A stretch of 62,368 nucleotides of DNA, the filler included, from Choristocarpus tenellus KU-1152 (taxonomy: Eukaryota > Protista > Phaeophyceae), in assembly GCA_964200185.2 (NCBI GenBank). It is 10 parts of 10 records of this genome, joined end to end, with 100 filler letters (N's around TTAATTAATTAA, not from the genome) between each part and the next. Parts side by side here need not be neighbours in the genome. Positions count along the whole stretch, not along the records: positions 1 to 14,640 come from CAXNAD020001145.1; positions 14,741 to 20,169 come from CAXNAD020010809.1; positions 20,270 to 23,767 come from CAXNAD020019621.1; positions 23,868 to 27,089 come from CAXNAD020021437.1; 6 more parts are not named here. One strand, written 5' to 3'. Below the pieces are notes generated by a model. The model made no database searches. It saw nothing but the letters and a program-made list of their open reading frames with translations, and had not been told where the DNA came from. This document shows positions 12,764 to 24,728 of the stretch, one piece after another (positions within the stretch are counted from its first letter, which is position 1; each line of letters begins with the position of its first letter). Both the position numbers and the translations under genes were made by a program.

Positions 12764-13689
12764 ATCAGGCTAGGTAGAAAAAGAGGGTTGGATTGCTGGT
12801 CTAGAAACTTGTGCTGAACTTATAATAAATCTCCCTTGTTCTACCTCTGCACCTCTACTTGTAGTACTACCAGTAGTGTCAGCAGTAGTAGTAGTATGGT
12901 TTGTGGTTTGAAGTTATACAGGAATTAGGTAACTACTTTGCCAACACACTTCCTACCAATAGAGGGGGTGCCTTGACCTTATTTCTCCAAATCTGACTTT
13001 TCCCATAATGGTTTGCAGTGGTTCTCTCATCCAAAAAAAGGCAAAGAAAAATAAATACCTCCATTTTTTCTGTTCGCCTTACCACCTACTATAACAACCT
13101 TCACCAAGTCATACCTCCTCATTAACATTAAAAATTTAGTTACAACCATGGATATTATGTCAGGGGTCCTCTACCATCAATCACTTCCACATCCTATATA
13201 TAGTCCCCAATTATGTATGTATTCTTTCACATTTGCGACAGCTACCATTGCTTTTTTTTACAGGAGTCCTTGTGATATTGGTCAGACTTTTTCCTTGCCA
13301 CATCTCCAAAATGTTACAAAACATTATATATATATATATATATCCCCAGAAAACACAGATTCCTATGATCATTCTTCGCTTCGCAATCCTCACCTTCACT
13401 TCCACACACGAATTATTCGGCATATAATACTTGGAGTATTTATTTAGTACTTTATCATCTTGTCGTACTCACTACCCAGACACTCTAATATCCCACTTCA
13501 GACCACCTACCCTCTAGGTAGGGATAGAGGAGACGAACTAACCCTTCTCCATAACCAGCTTTTCTATAGCAGTTTGGCTGGAGGCCTTCTCCCCACTTAC
13601 AAGTTCACCTTTTTTTCTTTTTCCACTTCTTAATGCCTTGACCTAGTCGGCAAAAGTATGCTCGTAGTTATAGGGTTTTTGAAACATTT

Positions 13690-14130
13690 TCTTCTTCTAT
13701 GTTCTTTCTAATGTACGCTTAGAAATAATCCGGTTCTCAGCGACTTGCTTGCTGTACGCTACACTCCCCTAGAACTGCCGTTCCTAACCAGGTTGCCCCC
13801 CCTATCCTTCCTTCCATGTAATGCATACTCGCTTGGCTTCAGTCCGCAGGAACTGGTGATTGTTCCGAGGGCTATCGTGGCCTATCCTCTCATCCACACT
13901 TGAACCATGTCTTAATCCCTGTGATGAACCAACAGTGGACTGCTCAGTGGTAATCTCTGATCACTAGCCATAAGCTCACGAAGTATCTTCACACCCCCTC
14001 CCTCTCTTCCCCTACACTCGAGATCCCTCACTCTTTTCTCTCTCCCACCACGTGTCTCTGTGGGTGATAACCATCCCTTGACTACTTTGGTCACTCTTGG
14101 ACACTCTGAACCTGACTTCAACCCTGTCTG
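13690..14130 (-). mobile_element. Degenerate tyrosine recombinase of a DIRS/Ngaro-type retrotransposon
   Basis: Frameshifted motifs ADRVEVRFRVSKSDQ, SEYALHG..IGGAT and a downstream YIR-like segment. Confidence 0.65.
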
Positions 14131-14640
14131 CCATTCTGTGGGAGACTAAGGGACAGTAGTAAGTGTTGGCCATCAAAAAGGGCGATATCAGTGCATGTTG
14201 AGCAAAGATTACTGTAGAGTGTGATGTGATGTAGGAGTACAGATGGGTAGTGTGAGAGTACAGTAGGGGAGTGTGAATAGTATGGGACCGTGAGTATGGG
14301 CTGATGGTCATTGTGAGTAATTGCATCATTACATATATTGTAAGGTATGGAGGAGATACACTCGTATGTTTATGTAGGCATGCACAGTGATACGAGTATA
14401 TATTTTGATATTTATTTGTATTAATTTGGTAGGTAGCCAGTACCCAGTACAGCCGTCTGGTAGGGTTTACTGTTTATAGGTTAACCAGATGTGTTACAAA
14501 ACTGTCCACAAGCTTACCATGATGGAATATGTAGTTCCAATCTACAAGCTCGTAGGGTATGGACGAGGCTCATAGAGGGCTCCATTGAGGAAATGTGTTA
14601 CAGGCGCCCCTCAATGCTCACCTTCCAGGATGTACAACTC

Positions 14641-14740
14641 NNNNNNNNNNNNNNNNNNNNNNNNNNNNNNNNNNNNNNNNNNNNTTAATTAATTAANNNN
14701 NNNNNNNNNNNNNNNNNNNNNNNNNNNNNNNNNNNNNNNN
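14641..14740. other. Assembly spacer (N-run with TTAATTAATTAA). Identical spacers at 20170-20269, 23768-23867, 27090-27189, 34743-34842, 37639-37738, 42481-42580, 50554-50653 and 57687-57786
   Basis: Nine 100-nt spacers, each with an embedded six-frame stop linker. Confidence 0.97.
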
Positions 14741-15627
14741 TTTGGGTGTGTTTTTTTTTTTCTAACGAAAGCAGAAGAAAGAACAGGAAGCTACGCCCCC
14801 CCCCCCCCCCCCTCCCACACACACACACACACTCCTGAAGCTTTCTTTGGGACAGTGATTTTGCTGAGAAAATGTGAAATTGTAGGGGGGTTTTGAGGTT
14901 GGTTTGATTGTTGCAGGGCAGTTGGTAGTCGTGTGTGTAGTGTGTTAGATCATCCCAATGTCCTCTCTGAATGGTCTCTTTCTAGGGTTGTACTGCTCTG
15001 TTGACTGAAGTCGACCGAGTATTTCCATCCCTGGTTTTGTATGCTGATAAGGGTGTTTATTTGGTGGAGGATTGTGGAGCAGAAGGGGGTCTCAGGTGTA
15101 ATTGGTTGGTTGATTGGGGTTTTTTAGGATATACTACCCCTAGCCCTGCGGACTATTTAAACACAATTTGTTATGATGCCACTGTTTTTTGTATGTTTTG
15201 AGTGTCTTTTTTTGTCACAATCCTATATTTTTTTTTTTAGATTTTATTCTCTTGGAGTGTTGGGTATATTATGTGGGTGTGGGTGTTTATACTGAGTTTT
15301 TTTGTGTGTAGTACCTATTGTTGTCCAAGATGATAAAGAGAAATTAATGTGGTTTAGGATTTTAAGGAATTCTATACACAATCAGGAGGTTCTCAGGGGG
15401 GGTTAAGGATCTACAGTCCCTCCTGCTAGCTCATCATCCAACAACTTAATTACTGGTAACAGTTACATTTTGATGCCTATGGGTGAGGAGACAAGGCTAA
15501 AAAGCTTTTTTTTCATAGTAGTTACAAGAGTATAAAAAAATGTAGTACTAATACCTCTTATTACAGCACTACAATATCATATACATACATATATGTGTAC
15601 ACCAAATGCATTTTTGGTGCTGTACAG

Positions 15628-16456
15628 GAGTCTGGGATGGCGATAGGATTAGATCTGATGACGGGGGAGGTAATGCTTCCAGAGCAGGAAGGCGTGTGGG
15701 ACAACTACTGCGTTAAGAGACAGTCCATGCATCTGAGCACGGTGGGTGCTTTTTTTGGATGATAGAGGTGTTGTGGAGAATTGCTATTGAGTGGGCATTT
15801 CTGATTTTGTTGGTGTATGGTGTTTTGCCAATGAGCATTGTTGAGTGTTAAATGGGACTTGCCTACACACTCAGTTTGGTTGTTCATCTCATCACTTGAC
15901 TGAACCTACATGGGAGTAGTAGTAGTAGTAGTAGTAGAAGTAGTGTGCTTGTTCTATAGGAATGCAGTGTCACACAACACTAGAGAAGAAGATTGTGTGT
16001 TTCTTTTATCACATATTTGTTTTTTTTGTAGAGTGTATTTGATCTTCCTGCTCTCTTTTGTCTCTAGTCTCTCCTGCTCCATACTGTCACACACACACAC
16101 ACACGCACTGCACGCACACACAGTATCATAGGAACATCAATAGGGTTGGTATTTCATTGAGAGCAAGGTATTACCTTGAGACAAATAGACGAAGGTGTGT
16201 TGGGAGTAGCTGCTACCATCAGTGATACCGACCCATCCATATTTAGTTGGCGGGAACCTCTGGATTGTTTGGTAAGCTGGTAACCAGTTCCATTTTGGAG
16301 TCCTTTTCACATCTCTACTATGGCACACATGCTCTCTGACCTCATCAAAATGCTTGACAGGTGTTGGCCAGCCAGCTGTTGCTTGTAGACGAAGTAATGA
16401 AGGCTGGGAAGCAGATGGGAGGGGCACCCCCTGGTGGAGATGCCATGGAACCATGA
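15628..16456 (+). CDS. CCT6: T-complex protein 1 subunit zeta (CCT6), last two exons only (15628-15741, 16361-16456); 5' partial
   Basis: Spliced translation ESGMAIGLDLMTGEVMLPEQEGVWDNYCVKRQSMHLST|VLASQLLLVDEVMKAGKQMGG...* contains the CCT-zeta signature GVWDNYCVK and LLLVDEVMxAG. Both exons have AG acceptors, the first has a GT donor, and the intron is phase 0. Confidence 0.92.
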
Positions 16457-17599
16457 TTGGAACTTGAGTTGTCATAGGAGGCTGCTGTTTTTGTTCTTAT
16501 CATCGGAGGTGTTTATTGTACGGCAGAGGGCAGGAATTGGGGATTTGGAAGGTGTGCAGGGGACCTGTTCGCGCATAGGATTCATGGAGGGCAGGGGGAG
16601 GAGGGGGGCTAGGGGGAAGGGAGTCTTGGCTTGATAGGGCCTATCAGAATTCGACTCGAGGAATACATCATAGTTCTGACCAGGACGTGGCAGTGGAGGA
16701 AGATAAGGATTGTTGGATGCTCATTTTCTGGTGGTCTAAACAGGTCACAAGTCGTATCCCCTTGAGAAGTGGAGATCCCATACTTCAAATTATTAATTTG
16801 TTAATGAATCAGAAAAGCCCTTGGGCGCCAGGTCACGTACTATTGACTACACATAAAATGCGTCATACGGTGTTGCTTCTAAAAAGTTTGTAACTGTAAC
16901 CAACCATCCTGCATGATAGTGGAGACTTTATATTCGATGGTGGGAGGGTTGTTACTGCATCTCTTATTTGGATAGTAAACCATCAGTGAGTGACTGTTGA
17001 ATGTACCCTATCATCCTAACTGGCAATGAGCTTCGGAAAAAGTTGACTGGTTGTTCTCCAAGTCAAGAATACTATCAGAATGAGAGCCTGGTGCATCAGG
17101 ATATATGGCGCTTTTTATATTGTGTAGTGGCATGGAATGATCGGCATTTATATATATATGTAGGGGGGGGCTTAAGTGCTTCATCAGGTCATCCAGGCGA
17201 GAGATGTATAATCTCAACTTCTGTATCTTCTGGTTGTTATGACCATGTTTTGACACTTGACTCAATACTACTACTACTGCTACTGTTGTGGTGGAACCCC
17301 AAAACTTCCTCACACGTACCACTCACTAATTTCACCAAATACGAAACATTTTTCGGTTCTTATTGTTCGTCGTTCCACCAGTAATTTGCTTAACATCCTT
17401 CTCGTATCACTTCCTTGATCATGTCGTCAATGGACTTCTTCATGCTCCTTGTTTGTATCAGCATATACTATTCAAAAGACGTTGCAGTTTGCTGCTATTC
17501 CCTCTCCTTACTTACAGAAAGGAACATGATCAACACAATCAATTATTCAAAAGTGTCTGTTAAACCCATACACCATCCATCTCCTTCACCGATGAGTAC

Positions 17600-19960
17600 T
17601 CCTCCACAACAGGGGAAGAGAGAAAGAGAGATTGTTCATCCTTCTCATTGGATTGCTGGCACATCCTACATTGTGCTTTATGGTGGTGCCATCAGTTCAC
17701 CTATCATGAAAAAAAGAGTAGTGTTTGGCCTGTCTGACACTTGCCTGTCCTTGGGGAAAAATCGTAACGCATTTCAATTCAACAAAAGGACTAATAAATA
17801 TGTATCAGAATTCTGGAAGTTGGTCTACAAATTCGTCAAAAAAAATGCAGTTTAGTGACACTGGCACCTCCCAAAATGCAGGGCAGCTGGTAATGGATCG
17901 CCTGAATATACAGGCGGGCAGGCATGGTTTGCAACGCCTGTTGTGTTTTCGACAAAACCTTAAGAAAAAAAATGTGGAATTCTGATCATGACATCACAGT
18001 TGATATCCTACACAACATGGAATGTAGACCTGACACCATGAGGTAGAATCAGCATTATTCTGTTATCCACTAGGCGGTTTGGGTGCCTTGAGAGGTGAGT
18101 ATTCACTGCAGTACGGTTTATCAATCCAAATTTTACAAACATGCCAACATAGAATACATTGTCACCCATCATTATACTGTGCATTGGCATGGTAACAATG
18201 TTCACAGATATCAACAATACCATTTCTTGCTGTGTTGAGTTATTGAGATCTCAACCCAACGGCTGTTGCATCTTGGTTCTTCATGTTGAGTGACTGAGCG
18301 ACAAAACTTCATATGTAACTATTTGGCTCAATCTTACCTCTTGGCCGTTTTCAACCTTGAAGGAAATAATTGAGGGTGCCGACCCTGGTACCAAGGTGTA
18401 CTTCTGCGGTGCAGGTGGTATCAATAACGTTCTACATAACCACTGTGCTCTCTGGTGTATGAGGTACACAAGTAGTGCAGTTCAGTAGGGGTGGTTTGGT
18501 GAGACAAGCGCACAAGAAAAATTCTTGTCAAAAAATGATGAGGCAAGTCAGTACGTCACAAGTTCTAAGAAAGCAACGAGGAACCCGGATATTATGGTTT
18601 CTGTTGAAGTGTTCCACACTGGACCCACGGTTTAATATGATCAATCGTGTGCCTTGGTAGAGTACAATGCTTGTTGGTGTAAATATATGGTGTTAATGTT
18701 ACAAGGGCTTATGATCTCAATTCCGTTGACTGAACTCATGGAGCTCACAACTGGTGGCACCCATTATTGTTCCTATAGTGTGGGGTTTGCAATCGTTAAT
18801 ACTAACTTAACTATGAACCACTTACTCACCAGTCTTCAGTGTAACAAGCATATCTAAACGTAATACAAATCAGTGGACATTAGCGAGTCAATACATACGG
18901 TATATCTATCGCTGAGTCTCCATCCTATTATCTACTCCTCCAGTGGTATCCATAGTGTATTAGCAGCACTATCCACGAACAGTTTCCCTCCTTCATCTTG
19001 CTCCATCTTCGACAGGTGGCCATGTATCACCTCCCAAATCAAGAGGTGTAAGACACTAAGATGTACAAATTGGATCAGACCGAAAAAATCAGATATGAGT
19101 CGAAGTAAGAGAGAGGCACCCAGGAATGCTTTTAGGATGCTGACAAGTATGTCCAAATTTAGCGTTTTGTACAAATACCTGTAGGGGATTTTCTATGTTC
19201 TGTCGAAAATTTTCAAACAGCAGAGAAATCAACACTCTTGAATCAGTTTTAGAACTCCATCCAATGAAACACGAGTGAATCACCGAAGATTTCAAAAGTG
19301 GCTTGCAAAACGGTCAAAACCTGGATACCTCTCCATTACTTTGCCTCTATTGGGTCTTTAGCTTCTTCTGTTGGTGATGGGTGTGAAAGGCGCTGGTATA
19401 TCGCAAAAGATGTATGTATGGCCCTGTATGAAAAAGGTGCATTGGTAATGAGGTTATGCAGCTGGTAGGGTCTGCAGAAAAACTATAATTGTGAATCAGA
19501 TACCTGCACACACCTGACATTGATGGGGAGAGGGACATTTTTGAGGGGGGTTTTGTGCACTTTCTCGCTCTATGTGTGATGCACGTTCACTGCAGGGTGG
19601 GGACCTGTCATCCACCAGTACGGAGTACATGGGTGCCTTCAGCTTTTTTCCGAAGTCAACTAGCCCACCCCTACCACCTGTCTGAGAAAGAGACATGGAT
19701 GAGCTCAGCTTTCCTCGAGAGTGATTGGAATGGTAAGACTCTACCAAAAATCGACTAGGCACACTACAGTACTGTCATATTGACGATATACTATCGTACA
19801 GGAAGAACATTGAAAGTGCGTTGGAGTATCAATAACCAAGGTGTGTATGGCAATGCGTAGACCACGAGGATATTGCTGACCATATGAAGCGTCTGTCAAT
19901 ATTGAAATGTCCTTGTTGCTAGTCCTGGTGCCTACGTGGATGCATGATGTGGCCACTAAA
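17600..19960 (-). mobile_element. Highly degenerate transposase-like relic, possibly KDZ (Kyakuja-Dileera-Zisupton)/CxC type
   Basis: Frameshifted remnants IMLILPHGV..FHVV, NHAC, CPAFWEV and VTKLHFF fall in the order expected for KDZ motifs (CPHG..GF, YDxAC, VDxFH). Many stop codons. Confidence 0.35.
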
Positions 19961-20089
19961 GAAAGTGAGGAAAAAAACGAGATGGACGAGGGAGGTCAAA
20001 ATAATTCATTTGTTTGCCTACAAAGCACATACTGTAACTGAGTTCATCAACAAAGAGACCAAGGGAAACCGTCCCTCGTCAACAACATT

Positions 20090-20169
20090 GAGTTAAATTA
20101 TCTTAGAGGGTACGAGTTTTCCCCTGTTTGTCCATTTGGGCCTTGGCTTCCTATGTTTTTTTTAATGAC
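20090..20169 (+). mobile_element. MITE family A copy, truncated by spacer
   Basis: Begins GAGTTAAATTATCTTAGAGGGTACGAG..., the same 5' end as the other family A copies. Confidence 0.85.
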
Positions 20170-21301
20170 NNNNNNNNNNNNNNNNNNNNNNNNNNNNNNN
20201 NNNNNNNNNNNNNTTAATTAATTAANNNNNNNNNNNNNNNNNNNNNNNNNNNNNNNNNNNNNNNNNNNNGTGGGGTAGCGTGGGGTGGGGTGGGGTGGGG
20301 TGGGGTGGGGGGGTGGTAGGTAATGCTAGGAAAGGCCAGAGAGGGGGAGGGCAGGAGATTTTATTGCACTTCTGTAGTTTTGGTGCTTAGAAGGGTTGGT
20401 GGGAGATTGAAAGGGAAGGGGATAGATGGACGGGTTGGAGAGAATCTTTGGAGTGGTAGTTGCGTTGCTTGACCTTGAGTCTCTTTTTATCCCATGCAAG
20501 TGCATGAGTGATGCCAGTTCCAGACTTCAAATGCCTCGAAGTTCCTACTTCTTCAGTAGTTTGCTGTTATTGTATTTTGTGCTTCAAATGAGAATGAACA
20601 TGTTTATCGACTCACATAGCCTGTGGTGCTGGCAAAAAAGGGGAGCGTTGCCTGAAAAAGAAAATTACAGAGGTGTGCATTGATTCTTCTCTTGGGATAT
20701 CTCATCTGGTTTCAAGTGGTTCGGAGTTAGGATTAGGGTTCTGAATGTTACCAAAAGCCTTTCATGCTTGATTTTTTGGGAGGGGGAGGAGGGGGGGGGG
20801 CAATGGAATTGAAGTATTGTTTTTGCTTCAGAACCTTTGGGTCCAATCACATTTGTAGCTAGATGGATTATTGATATCGATGCAAGGACGATACTGCAAG
20901 AATTTTCCTATTGTGTATGTGCATTGACTGGACATTGTGTGGGTTAGGTTGAGGGCTGAGATTTTTAGAGGCTTGTTCTGTCGATCCATGCCTAGTTTGT
21001 TCTATTCCTGTATGAAATGGAGTCATGTTGGAGACGAGCTGTTGATGGACTTCGAGGTGGTGAGTAGGCAACAATGGGTGGCATGCGTGAGAGACATGTG
21101 AAGCATCACTCACCACCTAAAACAGAAACGCATCAGATCGTGATTGTGTCTCATGTTGCTCCAACTCCCGTGCAGATGGTTCTACAGTATGTATGTACTT
21201 GTGTACTACACGATGACTCCCTAAACCTAGTGCTTACCCTTCCTGTCCATGCGTACCTATGCTTCTAATCTACGTACGTACGTGTGTTGTATTTTTCGCA
21301 G

Positions 21302-21535
21302 AGTGTGACTTCGGATCATCCCACCACAGCAGCCCCGTCTACATCATCAGATGCGGAAGAGGAATGGGATACTCTCAACCTCGGGCAGACCTCTAACCTA
21401 GGGGGAAGTGGAGAACAGAGACTAGTAGAAATTCCCCGCAAGCAGGGTTTGGAACATGGTAATGATGCAGTCGTAGACCGCCCATCAAACAGAATGTTTC
21501 AAATGCTGGGTCGAGCTTTAGCTAGCGACGACTGA
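21302..21535 (+). CDS. Possible terminal exon of an unidentified gene
   Basis: Acceptor tttttcgcag followed by an open low-complexity frame (SVTSDHPTTAAPSTSSDAEEEW...ASDD*). An upstream phase-0 donor (GTG|gtgagt) lies at ~21059. Confidence 0.3.
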   Translation, partial: SVTSDHPTTAAPSTSSDAEEEWDTLNLGQTSNLGGSGEQRLVEIPRKQGLEHGNDAVVDRPSNRMFQMLGRALASDD

Positions 21536-22984
21536 GTGTTACAACATAAGCAGCTGTGGTGTAGCACTCCCCTTTGTGCCGCAGGTAGAGAGTACCATGG
21601 GTGAGGGGACTTGGGGTGGTGGTTGTGGGGTCGGTTGGTTGGATTTGCAGCTGTGGGAGGTGTATTGTGAGCCATGTGTGTGTTTTGTTGGGAGAGGAAA
21701 TGGCGTTAATCTTCGGTTAAGTCTTGTTGGAAAGCGGTTTTTCCAGGGATGAAAGTGGGTGTTCTTTTGAAGTCCTTCTATGGGTGCGCATTATGGAGGA
21801 GGTATTGATGAATGGTGATCAGTAATAACTAGTAGTATAAAGTTTGTAGCTTACTCCGGTAACTGTCAATGATGCTCTAGAGAGATAGAGCTCTGGTCAT
21901 GGAAGAGGGGTTGTAATGGTACAATGCATTCGTTTTTGTCTGGTTAGGGATAGTCCTGAAGGAATTTGATATGTAGTATTTTATAATGACTCTGGAGTAC
22001 ATGTGATTACGTCTAATCAAACCAAGATGCCGAATAGCAAAGATTCCTGACCTCCACACCAAAGAGAGTGTAGCTGTTGGTCTTTGTTGACGGTACTTTT
22101 GGATTGACTTACCCGGAAAAGGGATATTGTGCCCAATCGTGTAGCAGAACCTCCACATCCCAAAAGAAAATCGGCGGGGGGTTGCTGCAACCTGTTCATG
22201 AAAAGATAGAGCAATACCGCTCCTTGGCAGGGCTGTGCAGAGTATGTATGTTGGGTACGATTGTTGATTCATCAGATTACGGCACAGTACAAGTAATTAT
22301 AATAGTAATGCCAGCCTGTCAAGTGTTTTCTATCAAGCTCATAGTGCTTCACTGCTTAGAAGTAGGATGGAGAGACTGCAGTGTGTTTCCCTCACACTAG
22401 TGCTATTAATACTATATACAGTGGTACTGCAGTTGGGAGTGACTTGTAGTGGTTGGTGCAAAGTAGGTAGAATAGGAAGTGGAAATGCTGAAACCTGGTA
22501 GTCACTGAAAGAAAGTGGATAGGATCTATTTCAAGTTGAGAAAGTAGGTATTTTGATGTACTACAAAATGGTAACCTCATCAAAGTGCAATGTATAGTTC
22601 CAGGAAATGTATTCCTCTTGGTAAGTTGTGCCAACCGAGAGGTTGGATTGGTTTAACAGGTCCTGAGTGCGCGAGGTATGCTAGACATAGACAAGCCTGC
22701 AAGGTAGGAACAGTCGAGTGTTGTGGACAATTCATTTATGTAGCCTGAACATGAAGTCCAAGCGCCTGTCTAAAACTACCTGCCACCTTGTTTGTGCAGA
22801 TTGGACGTCAACATGTATGATGGTTTGTTAGTTTTTAAATAGTATAGTTTCTTATGATGTATTAGTGATATAATTACATGATACTCTTATTATATGCATG
22901 TACAGAAAAGCATAAAGGAGCAGTTATCTTCTCAACTATGAACAGGGTGGATTTGGGGGGAATCTCTCATTCGTGGACACCAAG

Positions 22985-23230
22985 AACAGCCGATTTCAAA
23001 AATTGAGGATGGAGCTTTTCATTGAGGATGGGCTTGACCCCAAATTGACTGGGATAAAGTGTCGATATGTTTTTTTCTGCCACGAGGGCGCATGTATATG
23101 ATTCATGGTCAGAAATGGGGACAGGAATACATTTTACAAAAAATACGTATCGATACTATATCCCAGTCAATTTTGGGTCAAGCCCGTCCTCAATGAAAAG
23201 CTCCATCCTCAATTTTTGAAATCGGCTGTT
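22985..23230. mobile_element. MITE with ~72-bp near-perfect TIRs (family D)
   Basis: AACAGCCGATTTCAAAAATTGAGGATGGAGCTTTTCATTGAGGATGGGCTTGACC... is mirrored at 23159-23230. The element is flanked by CAAG on both sides. Confidence 0.85.
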
Positions 23231-23421
23231 CAAGGTAGATGAATTTCTCGATACTTCGAAGCACATGTTTAGTCGCACATGATGGATCATATTTTCGGCT
23301 CTTCATCATGGAGTGAACAGCATAATTCAACCCCACTACAGTAACAATATGATAATACACTTCATCAAACTGAAACAACTGTTGTCATGGTGTTGTAGTG
23401 ACGGTTAATGTAGTGTGTTTT

Positions 23422-23682
23422 GACTCAAACCAATTGAGAGGTAGGAGGGAGGGTTGTATTTTACGGATCCTAAGGAAGGGCAAAAACTTGCCATTTTGTA
23501 CAATGGGAGAAAACGCCTTGCTGAATTTGTGTTATCACTTAGTGTGTGGAACAGGGAAATATCAATTTATTGTACACTATTGTGGACGAAAAGAGATGAA
23601 GTAAGCCGTGTTGGGCAGGGTAAGAAGATTGCTTTGAAGGCAAATGGGTCCAAACCTATCTACCCCTCAACTGCTGTGGCTC
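23422..23682 (+). mobile_element. MITE family C (GAG[C/T]CAAACCAATTGAGAGGTAGG end). Other copies at ~41409-41520, ~49200-49348 (reverse) and ~50146-50390
   Basis: Four loci share the terminal sequence and internal segments. Imperfect TIRs in the 23422 and 50146 copies. Confidence 0.7.
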
Positions 23683-23867
23683 TCAGTTGGTTTGGGGTCA
23701 AAGTATCTGGGGGGGGGGGGGGGTTTGGTCGGGAGAGGCCACGTCTTGAATCCCGGCCCCCCAGAAANNNNNNNNNNNNNNNNNNNNNNNNNNNNNNNNN
23801 NNNNNNNNNNNTTAATTAATTAANNNNNNNNNNNNNNNNNNNNNNNNNNNNNNNNNNNNNNNNNNNN

Positions 23868-24019
23868 GGCTACACCAGGGTGTCCATTTACACCAAAATC
23901 AGGAAAAGTGCATTTACATCATCCATCCGACGTATGCAACCAAATCACCCAAAAATCGCGACATAAAAAAATTGACCCCAATTGGACAGCCGCTACCCCC
24001 CCCCCAGATACTACGAGCC
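23868..24019 (-). mobile_element. MITE family B copy (partial)
   Basis: Reverse complement of 59128-59307. Ends CCCCCAGATACTACGAGCC. Confidence 0.8.
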
Positions 24020-24440
24020 ATGGGGAACCTCACACGGTCTCCCTTGGCAAGCATTAAAGTCACATGGTTGTAGTACATAAGAGTGAAACCTCGTGGGTGT
24101 ACTCTCCCTCATTTGTCTTTGTTAGAGTGATGCCATCTAAAAGGATCTAAAAGGAAGAATCGTTGATTTTCAAGGATCTGTATGACTGTCTCGTGATACA
24201 TGTGTTTGAGGACGCTTTCAGGTAGAAAAAAATTGAAAATAGCAAAAGATCAACATGTGGAAAAATAGGACAATCGTAAGGTATACCCTATTTTGTGTTG
24301 CATTGGATTGCATTGGATTGAGTCCATGTGATGTAATTAATGAGATTGGTTTGTTTTGCTCAAGAATTCTGGATTATTATTATTATTTATTCTATGTTTG
24401 CAATCCACCCATTCCCCTCCTCCCCATTGTACCACCAGAT

Positions 24441-24600
24441 GTGACCAACCAGTGCGACCTCTTCGCCCCTGATTTCCAGTCACCCCCTACATTTTGATGA
24501 CCAACCAGTGCGACCCCTTCGCCCCTGATTTCCAGTCACCGCCCCCATGCGATGACCAACCGATGCAAATCCCCTTCATCACTGATTTCCAGTCACCACC
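24441..24600. repeat. Tandem repeat, ~56-bp unit x3 (TGACCAACCAGTGCGAC...GATTTCCAGTCACC), adjoining the YR element
   Basis: Three diverged direct copies seen. Confidence 0.8.
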
Positions 24601-24728
24601 CCACCCTTCAACCCCACTCAACACCACTTCATACTGTGCCTTTGAACTAGAAGATATCTACCCCAGCTGAACTTGACCTCCCCTCCCCTTCAGGGGTTGA
24701 TTTCTATTCTAGTTCACCCCAGTACCTC

